DNA from: Setoptus koraiensis | Taxonomy: Eukaryota > Animalia > Arthropoda | Length of the DNA stretch: 64,000 nucleotides | Reading direction: 5' to 3' | NCBI GenBank assembly: GCA_048013815.1 | Contig: CM106586.1 | Coordinates: 18,352,001-18,416,000 of the forward strand | In this document: in pieces, positions 25,492 through 39,212 of the stretch | How positions within the stretch are numbered: position 1 is the stretch's first letter | Layout of the letters: each line of letters opens with the position of its first letter | Translations under genes and position numbers: made by a program | Notes under the pieces: model-generated | The model's input: only the letters and a program-made list of their open reading frames with translations | What the model was told of the DNA's origin: nothing | Databases searched by the model: none

Positions 25492-27851
25492 CTGTATCCA
25501 TGTAACCATAACAACAACCAAAAACGGATAACACAACGAAATAAACCAATTAATATTTATTTATTTACAGACAGATTGTCATTATTTTGGGGCCCAAATA
25601 GAGGGCGCTTGTCAGTGGCTCGTTTGTTTGTTTGTTTGCTCTTTGCTCTTTGCTGTCTGACAAGTTGTGAGGGCGATAATAAACTGCGCTCGCTGTACAA
25701 GATCAAGATTAGTCTCTTTATTACTCTCTGTTGACTGCGCCAAACAAATGGCCCATTTATTATCTGGTTCCAGCCGACTTACGAGAGAGCAGTGCTCGAC
25801 ATCGCAGATCGACACTCACTGCTATTGAATTACCCTTCTAGTCTGACTCAGAATTTCTGAGGCCAGAACAGGATAAATCGAGCAAGAAACGGCGTAGATT
25901 CGCAATTCGCGTGCTCATTGTTCACGCGCATTTCTCGTCGTTGTTCCAGGTTTCAGTCGACAGGATGAACAAATTTGCGCCAACAGTTTTCGAAGCAAAA
26001 GTTGAGCTTAGAATAACATCGATTTTCATATCTGCCTGTCATACTACAATTTGGAGTCAAGATCCAAAGTTTTTTGCCCTTGTCACCGTGCAAACGGTGC
26101 AAAGGGAAATTGCGCCCATGAATCGATCGGTAAACCGCGAGACTCTCGCAGCGACAGGCTCAAACAGAAGAGGCGCTAAACAGTTCATTTAGTATGCTAT
26201 CGGCGCCGCTAAAACATTTCATTTCATTTTTTTTTTTTCAACATTTTCAGACCGCAATGATTCGCAAGCTCATCGAATTCGCGAGACGGATCAGTTGAAT
26301 CACTCGACGCAATTTGCATTGGATCTGCAAGGAAAAACTGATGAATCGCGCAGATATTGGTGCTAAATAAATGAACCGAGATGAACAATCCAGTCTCATT
26401 CGGGCAGCCAGTGGAAGGGTGTCTGGTCCACCGATTCCGTGGCTTACCGCCGTTTTCTTGCCAGCTCTCACCTATAAACAAGCGGCCATCAGTCATGGGG
26501 GAATCAACAAAACTGGCTCATCCCGAACTATCTCAAGTTCAATTTTTTCGTCATATTCGATCGATTTGATCCCAGCGACTAATTCGTGCTGATCTGATAT
26601 CGTGCTGGTCTGATATCGGCCCACCGGGGCTCGCTCGGATAAAACTAATATTTGGCTGTGCCGATTGACTCTTAGGTCGCCTCCAGCGGCCAGTTCACCT
26701 TGCAAAATTTTTTCGTTTAATTTTTTCGTTTTATTTTTTCGTTTTATTTTTTCATACAGTTTTTGCGTTTAGTTTTTTCGAGGCCAGAAATCTATCGACA
26801 GCGAACTTGTCATTGCGATATCTGGCCAGAAATCGCCTCAGAGCCTCAGAGCCTCTGAGCCAGAGGGTTGGTGGAAAAATTATTATTCCAATAATGCTAA
26901 ATTAAGTGCCATTTTTCACACCGATTGTGGGCCCACTTGATCAGAGAACCCCAACAAGTCTTGCCAACAAGAGGCGGGCACAAGTTCAATGAACTGCAAC
27001 TAGGACGAGGTTGTCGTCAATCACCGGCCCACAAGCCAGGAAATGGGTGCGTTTCGCCGGGGTTGAAAATAATGAATTCAAAATTTGCACTTTCCAATTA
27101 TTGGTCTATTGCCTAATAGCACCGTATTTTAGGCGGCGTAAGGTGTGTGTAATCGAAACCTTGTGAAGTTCAAATTGATGCTTCGAGCTGACACGTCAGA
27201 CGAAGTGTCGAGCAGAACATGGGGTCAATCAATCGGTGAGCACACATGAACGACTCAAGTTCACTGATCGGAAATCAAATATATTTCTGGTCACAGAAGC
27301 ACGCTAAATTAACAACTCGAAGCCGGAGCTTTACAACGCGGGGCGCGACAGTAAATCACGGTGACTCACTTAAGGCGATCATTCATTCGGTCACCAAATA
27401 ACCCGGTAAACTAACCAGGTAAACCAGCCAAACTCGACGACGTCCACGAAAACGGCGACGACATACAACTGAGAGTTGGGCGAAAAACAAGTGACGCAGT
27501 TTGTGGCATTATTGTCATTTGTTGTTGTTATCCGGCTATTACCAGTGTCGCTGTTGTCGCTACAACTGCCATTGGCGCACCAAATTACAAATTACAGATA
27601 GACAGGTGAGAGATTGCATCTATACAAGTTGCGTTGCATTTGTTAGGCAATATGTGTCCATGCAGAGACACAAGATAAATTGTTGGGGCCCGCTGCCGGC
27701 TGGCATACATGGCCATGCTATATCTCTTGCCGGCCAGCCAGCCGGGCCGGCTAACCCGCTGTAGGCTGCGGCCGCGCACCCAAGTGAAGCAATTATTTTA
27801 TTGGCAAGCCAACATTGGGTCGTCGTCTCTTGAAATGGTCGCTTTATCTAC

Positions 27852-27922
27852 TGTCGCTGGTCGCGATTGTCGCTAGGCTCACTTGTCGCTGGTCGCGATT
27901 GTCGCTAGGCTCACTTGTCGCT
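27852..27922. repeat. 32-bp tandem duplication TGTCGCTGGTCGCGATTGTCGCTAGGCTCACT x2
   Basis: Direct reading; period 32. Confidence 0.9.
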
Positions 27923-30900
27923 AGCAGCTTGTGCGTGCTCTATAACTGATGCCAAAGTGTTGTTGTTGTCGCCGGGGCGCTGTTATATTCTCACTAGCGA
28001 CTATTTGTATTCATATACGCACTGACATGTACGAACTGATACTATTGCGTCACTTTCACTCGTGTACTAACGCTCTGACAATTCAACGTACAGGTAGTTT
28101 AGCGTTGAGACAAATAAGACAAACGATGCTGTCTGTCCGTCTGTCTGTCTGCCTGTTTGTTTGTCTACTAAGTTACGCAATATGTGTTTATCTGCTGCAA
28201 CTCTTGTTACTATTTTTGCTCTGCTGCTGCTGCTGTTGTCGTTGTTGCTGTCGTTGTTGTTGTCGGTGTTGTTGCCGCTGTTGTTGTTGCTGTTGTTGTT
28301 GCTGTTGTTGTTGCTGCCTCTATCATAATGCATCCACCAGCAAAAACTATGAATACACCAACAGGCCAAGTGGCAATCTGATTGCGCACTACATAATACG
28401 CGTACATAATAAGTTGCACGTTATAAGTTGTTGCCGGCGCTGTTATCTAACAATTTGACGCTTGCAACGGTGTAACGGAACTGGCCCCCCAGCAAACTTA
28501 ACTTAACCTCAGTCGGCAAGGTGGGGGCGCCACTTTGGCGCTTTCTCATTCATGGCGCATGAATCAGCGGCGCTCACTTGTTAGTCGCTACACTGATTGT
28601 ACGTGCTGGCGGTGGCTTATTGCGTGGCGTGGCCTGGCGTATTGTTAGGGGGCCGACTCGCACCACTTGATTAGGTGCGCCACTGGGGCCCGTTGAGTCG
28701 GCCGGCCTCAGCCGGCCTCAGGCTGCTGACTCAAGAAAACAAGTGGCCCCCTAATAAGCAACGGCAAGCAGCGGTGTGGTCATCTGCTGATTAGCATTAG
28801 TGGTGATGGGTCACACAATCAGAGTGTCAGATGAGCCAGCCAGACAGCGCCACAATCTGATACAAACAGCGGGATAAGTTTGCATTGATTGCACTCGAGC
28901 ACGACCAGTGGCCATTATTCACTGCTATTGCCAGTTTAGCAAAACCCTGGCATCGTCGCGGGCCGGATCGTGGCTTCGATCGCGGGCTGGATCGCGGGCT
29001 GGATCGTGGCTCGGATCGTGGGGCCCGTTCACGGCGGCCCAACGCACCACGGGCCGCAAGATGGATGATACGAGCATAGATGTACGACTATTGGCCTTGG
29101 TATTGGATGTAGGCGAGCAAAATGGTGAAAAATAGAGTCGTGTAAGTGGATAAAGGAATGTCGTAATGGAACAAGCTCGCAGCGCTGGTGGCTCGGCCGA
29201 CCGATACCAACTCGGTGCCACCGACGCTCGCTCTGAGTCTCGGCTGTGCGGGGGCCCGCCGACAGTGCGCCGATACCGTCAATGGCAACTGAAGCCGGCG
29301 CAATACAATCCCTATACAATAGATCAAACAAAATACAATCGAGAGATATGATCTGTTGTCTTGTTTCTTTGTTGTTGTTGTTGCTGTTGCTCATATATGC
29401 TGGCTCCGTTGGCGGGCGCGATGCTCGCGCGTATACGGCGCAGTGCCATCGCACAGTTATTGGGAGATGGGGCCCGTTCCTCGCCCCCGAATATCGCCTC
29501 CGAATATCGCCCCCGAATATCGTCTCCGAATATCGTCTCTGGCGGCCAGAGTCTGGGCCCGTCTCGTCGCTGCGAGGGACGCTCGCTCAGTAACAAGCGC
29601 AATAATGATGATGATAAGTATTTTGCACGGGCAGTGCCCTTATCGCGCTCTCTTTATCTAGCCACCGATGAGAGTATCATTGATCCGCTGTTCTGGAACA
29701 GCAAACCAAGTGAGCGCCGCTGCCAGCACGTTCAGCCAGCACGTTCAGCACGCATCACGTGCAAACGGGCTGCGCGCGCCACAATGAAATGTGACACTTT
29801 GCCTGATCCGGCGCTCCATCGATAGCCAAGTGCTCGCACGATAATAACAATGACGATCTATCTATTTCATAGTTATGCAATGACCAAACAATCTAGCTAT
29901 TTATTTATATCATTGTTGCGTGGGTTCGCTAGGGTACTCGTTGAGGTACTCACACTGACACCCATACTGGCGCTACGAGTCTCGTGGCAGCACTAACAAG
30001 TAAGTAAGTGGCAAGCTTGTATACTTGTATTGTAAATGTAAATATTTTAGTGTGATTACCATTGCCGTCGCTATTGTTAGTGCCGTAACAAGGTGTCACT
30101 GGAGCGCACCGACCAACTGCATTACGGGCCCCAACTCGCCCTCTCGGATATACATATACATTCATCTCTGTGTGTATATAAACAGCCAGCTTTATATAAA
30201 CATCACAATGACAATTGTCGGTGTGAGCGACCGATATTGAGCACGAGCTGAAAGTTGCACGCGTTGCGCCGCCCGCCACCCACCGAAATGAAACGAAATG
30301 AACACATTTCTCTCTTTCTGGCACCCCATTTTCTTGCTCACAATATAACGGCGCGCGACATATACGCCAGAGAAAATATCTGTATCAGCCGACGCTGCTC
30401 TACTACCACTGCCAGTCTAGTCTGCCAGTCACAATCCGACACAGGCCGACACCGCCACTGGGCCCCATACAATGCATACTCGCTGTCAAAAAAGAGAGAG
30501 ATTGATAGATTTGCATATTGCTGGGCGCGTTTTAAGCCCGAGATTAGGACCTGTCCCGTAAACGAGTTGCACCGCTCATTCAAGGCTTGCGGGCCCCAAT
30601 TACTACATATCTCAACCTGATGTCGGTGCACGCCTGGCAGTTAGTTTATTGATGGGGTATCAAAACAAACAGTCTGCGCGTCACGAACACATCATATGAG
30701 TAACCTGAAACTTTCACCTGCCCGATTCTCTCCATATCTGCAGCATACGCGTCATCCATTTTCAAATACTTCAAAATCCCAACATTTGTCGCTAAGAGCT
30801 CATCTATGAATCACTTTGCATTCTTTATTGCTGTTTTTCCCTTTGAACGCTCTCTCTCTCTATCTCTCTCATTTGCAGTGTCCGATATTTCCAGAAATTG

Positions 30901-33900
30901 TCAGAAATTTTCCTCGCAAAATCACCTCGGCAGAACTGCCCGAATTCGGGCCCCTGCGATGCCAGTGAATAGGTGCTCATTTGCAGGCCCACAACACCGG
31001 TGCTGATTTGCGGGAAATGTTTGCATTTCAGTTGAGGTGATTTGCCTTTTTTCAGTGTTTTCTCGTTTTTTCCAGTGGGCTTTTTTTCACCAAAAACTAT
31101 CATGTTTTTTCAGTGCGATTGCCACGCTGAGGGCTGCTCTACAATGATCTCTTAAACAACACTCTCAAGACGCCACTCGAGCGCGTTCGCAGACACTCGA
31201 ATCTTTTTCGTTTCGCTCAGTGTAAAGTTGCAGTGTATGTGACGCCTAACATGGCTGAATTCTCACCTGGAAATCACACCGTTGCAACGTTTTTGTTTCT
31301 CTGTTTTGTCACTGGTCGCGTGACTTATGAATCATTCAGTGATTAATCGACGAAAATCACGAGATTCGGTGAAAATTGTCCAATTATGATCTGCTTGAAT
31401 GCGAGGTTTCGATTTTCGAGCGGCACAAAAAGAATAGCTGCCTGTATCGAGATTTTCGCCGCGCAAATTCGGGCAAATTTCAATTTCACGGGGTGCGCCT
31501 CGGGCAGTGTTGCCCAGTGCCAATTTCGGTGTGGCTGTTGTCGCTGAGACACAACGCGTACTACGTTGAACGTAGTCTAAAATCGATTGATAATTGCTTA
31601 TTAAATAAGGACCAATCTTCAACCGTAGCTAACTATAGTTTGGTGTATAGTAGGCTGTTTTTGCAGGAAATCTGGGGGCCGGCACGTAACGTAATAGCCG
31701 AAATTGATTAGTCAGGCGTTCCGAAAAATGCTCATTTAGCCAGGGCAGGCACCATTTGGGCATTGTCATTTTAGCCGCCAGGGAATGGCACCATTTGGCA
31801 AGTAAGATGGATCACGAACACAGTGTTTGTGTCGCGGATGAATATTGATTTGATTTCCAGGGAATTTTGAGCGTTGTTTGGGGGAAAAGGGTTGCATTTT
31901 GGTGCACAACATTATGCCGCAACGCACACAATTGGCGCAACTTTTATCCGCATCAACTTGATTAGCAAAACACACACACACACACACACACACTAAACAA
32001 GCACAACAATGGCCTATTTATCTGGGTCACACAACTACTGTGTGATAAGCCCGTTAATTTAGAGCCCAATCTCTCATTGTGTCTTAATTAGTGATTGGAC
32101 GAACGGAGCCGCTATAATATAACAACTGGCTGGCCCCAGTTGTTTCCTTTCGCCCTGGCGAGCCAGATCAATTGAACCAAATCACTGGCTACACGACACC
32201 TTCATCTCGCTGTGTCGCGCTGTGTCGCGCGCTGTTGTCAGTTGTTTGGGCAAATAACGGTTTGCACAAACCGTTATTGTTGCTGTTGCGCAAGTCGGCC
32301 AATATATCATTGTGGCAATCGAGTGACGGGGCAAGCACCGAAAGTGAAATAAAACAGCGCACGTTGGGGGCCAATTCGTACCTTGGTGGGGCCCACTAAT
32401 CAAGCTTCATCATGTACAAATAAACTAATTGCTGTTGGAGCAAACTGCGCAACACCGTCCAACGTAAAACACACAATTTAGCCAGCACGAAAACTGGCTG
32501 CACGATGATACTGAGCTTCACTCGAGAGTCTCGGCTTGAGACTCGCACAAGAGTCTTGCCAAGAGGCACAAACTCCTGCGCGGGCATACCTTTTTTATCC
32601 TCTTCTATATCGGTTGAATGTTAAATGACTTGTTAATTGAATCAGCGTCGCCAAGCAAAAGGGGCCCCGACTGATTGAGCGTTTCGGGCTCGCAACAAGA
32701 CAACAAAATAACCATTTAGCAAGCCAGCGAGCCAGCACCGACACCGGCGAGCATTACGAGACAAATGGCCGGTCAGTTGTTGTATTATGGTCGCAGCGAC
32801 CTCTTTACTGTCTCGGCAATGTTGCAGCACGGCCACTGCCACAAGCCCGATGGCATGCTGAAACAATAAAATGCACCAAACAAGCCGAATGACAAATAAA
32901 ACTACTCCGCTCTGTTGGCCGCTCTATTACGTAACAATCAACAGAGTTTAATATTATCATTTCGTGTATTGCAACAGCAGCTAGGGGCTGTGTGACAACA
33001 AGCAACAACTCACTTCTATTGCTCGCTTGACAATGGCGAAATAGAATCAAAAAACTAAGTTATGTTGTGCCCTGACGGATGGATTGTGAGTGAATTTGGA
33101 GAATTTATATTGTGTCAGTTTGGCCAATTGAAACAAACAATGAAATGGTTGTTTCAATTGCACGCCACTTATTGCATTTATAACTGAAAATGAATTGACA
33201 TGAATGAAATTATTGTCTTCATTGGGGCCACTTTAACTGCTGTTTCGCTAACTGCTGTCTCGCTAACTGCTGGCTGACTCGCGAGCACGGCCAGCCGTCC
33301 TTAAGTTGACTGAGTCGCTCGCGAATTACATCATCGTCGTTTGAGCTGACACACCATGGTCGTCGCCTATCAATTAGATCAGTTTACCGGCTAGCCGCTC
33401 ACCTAGCCGGCTAGCCGGTAGATGCAATTGAACTGCCAGAGATAAATTTAGCTCGTTGCAAAGTTGATTCATTGTGGGATGGACAAAACAGACACCAAAT
33501 GGGTGTAATCGATTTAAAAAGACCAGCCAGTTATTTCTGGCTGTCTCGGGCATGGAGTAACTGCCCAAAATAGATACTTTTTTTGGTTGTTTTTTCATTG
33601 CAAAAGGGGCCCGCAGCTCATCGCAGCAATGCACACGTCTGGCCGACAATTCCATTTGGCGGGGATGCTTTCTCCGGAACTGGCCATAGTGGGCGAAAGT
33701 GAGTTGCATCAGTTTCATCCACAGCAATAACACAATTTGCTGGTGGAAAAACGGCACAGGCTGCAGAGAGTAGATTGAAAGAAATCGCTCGGAATTTTAT
33801 TCGTCTACGTGAGTGACCAGCTTTTGGGCTCCACTGACATTGGAGCGCACGCATACGGACTGCGCGCGGGGCTGCTCCGCGACCGGAAACAATCAAAACA

Positions 33901-34711
33901 TTACTGGCGTGATACTGGGCGCGTTGAAGCCAGCGTGACAAGCTCACGTTGAGTGGAATATCTGGAAAATTTGGAAAGTGGCGGTCAGTTTAAATGGATA
34001 TATCCGATGGGATCCATTTATTATGAATTAGTACAAAAAACACACAGTAGCTCTCGTGGCGCGATCATAGTGCCGGTCATGGCGCAGCAATTACGGCTGC
34101 TGTCGTATTACGGCTCGCCCTGTTCGGGTTCGGGGTATCAGTGGTGCAAACTTGAGAGGCGCAATAATAATTCCAGCAGTTAAATGCAGCAGCACTGACC
34201 GCATGCTTAATGACCACAATACTTGGCCTAATATTTGGCCAGAATCGTTGGGAATAATTGTTAGTTCTTTAGTGGCGTAACGAACGTTCTTTTGGCTGGC
34301 TTGCACTGCTCTGTTGGACAGCCAAACAGGCGGACAGGGCCACGGGCCACAGAGAGACACACGAGGCCAAAGAGACAAAATATCTCGCTGGCTAGTACAC
34401 AATAACGGGGTGAATTAGATTGGCTTGAGTTGCAGTTGCAGAGAGCACTTTAAATAGCCACTGGTCGCACTTGATAAATCGGCGTCATTTTGGTTGTTGG
34501 TTGTTGCCGTAACGCTGCCATGATGCCAAAATGAATGCCGGCGAGTGCGTTATTTATTCACACTTTCATTTGGCATCTATGAGTATTATTTAAATGACGT
34601 TTGCATCATTACGAGTCACATGTGTGAGTGCTCGTGTGCGAGACATGATGAATTTTGCTCAAAAAAGCGGAACAGCTCGGGCTCTGTCGCCATCATGTGC
34701 ATCGCCGCGAC

Positions 34712-34774
34712 GGGCTCTTTCGGGGCTCTTTCGGGGCTCTTTGGGGCTCTTTGGGGGCTCCTTCGGGCTCTTTC
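34712..34774. repeat. About 11-mer GGGCTCTTTCG x6
   Basis: Direct reading. Confidence 0.85.
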
Positions 34775-35355
34775 AGGCGCCTGCGTGGCGTGGCTAGTGC
34801 CTTCGGGCCCCACGATCATGTGATCACAGGCCATGATCGTGGGGCCCCGAAGGCAACTTTGCCCGCAGAATTGATGTCTCTGTTGGGCGAGATTCGCCCA
34901 TTCAATTTATACAATTTGCGGCGAGTTGGCTAGTGACAACGCGCATTGGCGAGCCATAATCGCATGAGTTGTTTAGTTGGCGCTTGTTTGCATTACAACA
35001 CGAGAGCTTGTTTGTATGACAATGACGTTTGTATCACAATGTGGGGGCTTGTTTGCACCACAATATGAGATACACATTGAGCTTGTCCGTTTGTCAGCGT
35101 TGGGGGGGCGCGCCAGAGATCAAATTGATCAAACTGTTTCGTCATGATTATTATTATCATTATTATCAGGCACGGAATGTTCATTGGACAGAGTTGTTGT
35201 TGTTGTTCAAACAAACGCTGCCTTGTTGCCTATTACGCAACGGCCAGCCACCAATTAGGGCGTGTGTACAACGAATTTCGCTATTGCTATTTGTTGTTTG
35301 AGTTATTAGTTGAGTGTGCGTTATGCAATCACGATGCGATGCAACAGCCACCACA

Positions 35356-35371
35356 GCAACAACAACAACAA

Positions 35372-35438
<67 letters not shown>

Positions 35439-35520
35439 AACAACAACAACAGCAACATCAGCAACAACAACATCAGCAACAACAACATCAGCAACGACAA
35501 CAACAACAACGATGATGATG
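35356..35520. repeat. Mosaic (CAA)n/(CAACGA)n/(CAACAT-CAG) microsatellite
   Basis: Direct reading. Confidence 0.92.
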
Positions 35521-35698
35521 TAGCGACGTGCATAGAGAGACATGTCGCAACTGAGCGTGTATGGGGCGCCGTTTGTATAATAATTTCTCTTGTTGTATAA
35601 TAGATATGGCTGGCTATGCAACCAGCACCATTAGTGATAATGATTGTATTTAGGCCTGATATATCGCCCGGCCAGCAACACGGTCGCTACATAGTGTG

Positions 35699-35888
35699 TC
35701 TCGCGGTGCGTCTCGCGGTGTGTCTCGCGGTGTGTCTCGCGGTGTGTCCGGCGCGGCCACAGTTGCCATTTTGCGACACAACGAGCCGAGACAAGTTGAC
35801 CGCTTGACAGCCAGCCAGCTCATCAGCTGTTGTCTTGCCATGAAAGTCTTGCCATGAGAATCTTGCCATGAGAATCTTGCCATGAAAA
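35699..35888. repeat. Two neighbouring arrays: 12-mer TCTCGCGGTGTG x4 (35699-35746) and 14-mer TCTTGCCATGAGAA x4 (35833-35888)
   Basis: Direct reading. Confidence 0.9.
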
Positions 35889-37927
35889 GATGGAAAGATG
35901 GCGAGATGACAGCGACGAGCGAGATAGCAAATGAATTATATGACTTGGCCAAGTTGCCAGCATACAAGTGCGTTTGCTTGCGGCTTTGCTGCCAGTGCTG
36001 TCCAGTCGGCTCGTCATAATGTATTTGTGTATGAAGATTTATGGTGATTTATGGTGATGATTGGCCAAACTTTGGCCAGCGCATCGTGGCCGGCGCTAAT
36101 AATATATGGCAAGCGCCGACGATGTTGTTGTTGCTGTTGTTGTTCGGTGCCACGGTGCAACCAGTGCTGTGTGTAGACCTGGCCAGTGTAAGTGTATCAA
36201 TCATTGTTGCGGGTTGCCATTCAAGTTGCATGCCAGTTGCATCATTGTGCATCACTGGCACAGTGGCCACGACAACTTATTAGCCGTCATCAGCTAATAA
36301 GTCGCAAATCACTAAGAGCTGACCAGCAAAAGTGCAGCTAAATAACCGGAAATTATGGTGCCCGCGCCAGTTAGACAGGCGAATATTGTCTCAGTATTTT
36401 CTCGGCGTTTTCTCAGCGTTTTCTCAGCGTTTTCCTCAGTCAGCGCTCGTTCGGCATGCGGCCGCCAAATGTAATCCCGCCGGAAACAGCTAAACGCGAG
36501 GGGCCCAAGCTGCCAGTTGCAACCACGGCGAGGCCCCTCGTGTGGCATCCATCATGATTTGCATTGGCCACTGACCAGTGGCTCTTTGTGTTGGTTGTGG
36601 TTGGTTTCTTTGGTGCCATTTTCAACTCATTGCGCACAAATCTAATCACGCCAGCGCGGCCTGACTGGCAAGGCAACAACAAAAAACTGACCAGAAAAAT
36701 GATTCAGCTCGGCCTCAGAAATGACCAGCACAGGCCGAAAGAGAGAGAAAGCAGCGCGAAATAATGGGCGCAAAACCGAGCTGGACGGCCCCGAGAATGT
36801 CGAGTCGAGACGGCTCAAGTTGTAAATAATCGCCGGGCAAGATTGAGAATCTCAATCTGAGACGTTGTCTCCTTGGCAACTTGAGCCAACTGCCATCCAT
36901 CTCGAGCGGGCCGCTCAATAATGAGGCGCTCGCAAGTCGCCCACGCAAGATATTCGGCCAAGTTGCTGGTCGCGAGTTGCGGCGCAGCAACTCGCGTGTA
37001 ACAACATCGAGGCAAGTCCATTCAATATCCGCAATGTTGAAAATTCATATTTTGTTGGTGGCTCGCTGGCTGGCCCCCGAGCCGAGCGGCGCGTCAGCAA
37101 TTACGTTAACTATGCGCGCAACTTTGGTTGTGCCGCATAGTTAACGCCGCTCCCGAGATGACGAGCCCATGATAGATGAGATGGGGCCAGTTTCGAGCGG
37201 CCGATCTCATCTTGGGATTGGGGGCCCAATTTTTCGCTCGTTGGCCTTGAACTTTTCAATGCGAAATTTGTGTGTGTGTGTGTGTGTGTGCTGTCGTCGG
37301 ACCATTGTCGCTGACCATTCAATTAGATGCTGTTTCCATTAATGCGATCACTGGTGGTTGTCATCATCACTTATGTATCGACATGGCCATACAATGAATT
37401 CATTAGTGGCGACAATTTGAATTCGCCCGCCTGCTGCTCGCTGGTATAAAACCAACTCTTATAGATGAGAGCTGGTTTTATACCAACTCTGATGCAAACC
37501 GACTGGCAGCCGACAAACAAGGCCGACTCTAACTAATAATACTCACTGTAATCACAAGCCGATATTTGTCGACTTCATATTCATTGCATGTCGGCGAGCG
37601 AGCAAGCGAGCCAGTGTGCAAGTAATCACGTTATTGGATTGAGCGAATGAGACAGTTACGTCATTTGTTATCTATTGTCCTGTCAAATTGAGCGAGCGGC
37701 CAGACCGACTAACAGTTTGCAGCCGGCAACTGTGCGCTCGTTTTGCCGGCAGTTTAATTGAATTATCTTAAAAAAGAGACGGCGCAAACGGCGCAAACGT
37801 CCCCAGTTGTCGCATGATAGTTTGTCGAGATATTATCTAGATTAGTGCACAATGGGCGCCGATCAATGTTGCATCCGAGGCGCCCCACTGGCGTTATCTT
37901 GCAAAATCTGCATTCTCCCCATTCAAC

Positions 37928-37995
37928 ATTCTGTTGTTGCTCTCGATTGAAGATTCTGTAGTTGCTCTCTATTGAAGATTCTGTCGTTGCTCTCT
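37928..37995. repeat. 25-mer ATTCTGTNGTTGCTCTCNATTGAAG x2.7
   Basis: Direct reading. Confidence 0.85.
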
Positions 37996-39212
37996 CGTGA
38001 TCCTATTACGGTGTTACTGTTGATCAGTTGATTCTTGTTTGCGTTTGCCAAATCCAGCCAATACTTGCCAGACTTTACAAGCTGCGCTCACGAAGTCAGA
38101 TCAGCCGACTGTGACCAGGTGATGGCGGCCTGATGTATGGCAATTGATGGCACAAGAATGCCGATCGCGCACGAAAACTGTTCTCGCAGAACATGCCTCA
38201 AAAGTTTTGAGTCAAAACGTTTTCTCTGTTCGAGTCTCTCTCTCTCTTGCGAACAGATTAAACGAAAATTGTCAAACGAAACGTCTCGCCAGCAGCACAC
38301 TGAGACAACAGGCAGAATAAATCAAGTGTTGGCTCTATGTGTTTAATTGGCGCTATTTGTAACGCTGTCAGTTTGGCATTGTCGTCGTGTAGTTGTTTTC
38401 GTTGTTGCTGTCGTTGTCGCTGTCGCTGTCGTTGTTGTCGTTGTTGTCGCGACTTGCGAGTTTATGCGCGAGACTCGCTAGCTTGTCGCTTGTTTGTGTG
38501 AGCATCAACGAGAAAATATGTCGATGATATCTCTTTTTGCTTGCACTTTCAGTGTTGTTTGTTGGATCGAAAGCGAACGCATTGTTAGTGTGATGCCGGC
38601 CGGAATACTGAGCCCCCGCTGACTGCAAGTGCAAGCGCTAAGACACGAAAATATTGCCAGCTCGTTTGCTGCGTGTTCGTTTTGTGTAAGAAGCCATTAG
38701 TTTTGCACTGAAAGCCAGCCTGACAAACGTCGTGCGATACTGACAAGTATCTTGACATAATAAACACAGCAAAACTAATAGCAAACTGACTGGCGCACAA
38801 ACTGCCAGCAGCATCTTCGTTTGGCGCCCAGTTAACATTTGGGCCCAGCGAGCTTTTGCGTCAGCTGAACAAAAGGCAAATGCGAGCATGCCAGCGACAA
38901 GATAAATTGGCCGACACAACAACACTTTTTAAATATTACACACACACACACACACACACACAAATTGCGTCACAGCAGATAATTGTCGCCAATCAAACTA
39001 ACACGCCGTTACGCACTTTTATTAACTAGTTAGAACAATTTCAATATTTTAATAACGTTACTCGCACGCAAAACGCAGCACAACAATTGCTAATTATCAT
39101 AATATAATAATTAGAAACTAATTAGTTTACTATGATCTCATTAATGCATGAAATAACTTCAATTAGAAAAGAGAAATTGAGCGAGAAATTGCCCCAAGCG
39201 AATAGTACTCAC

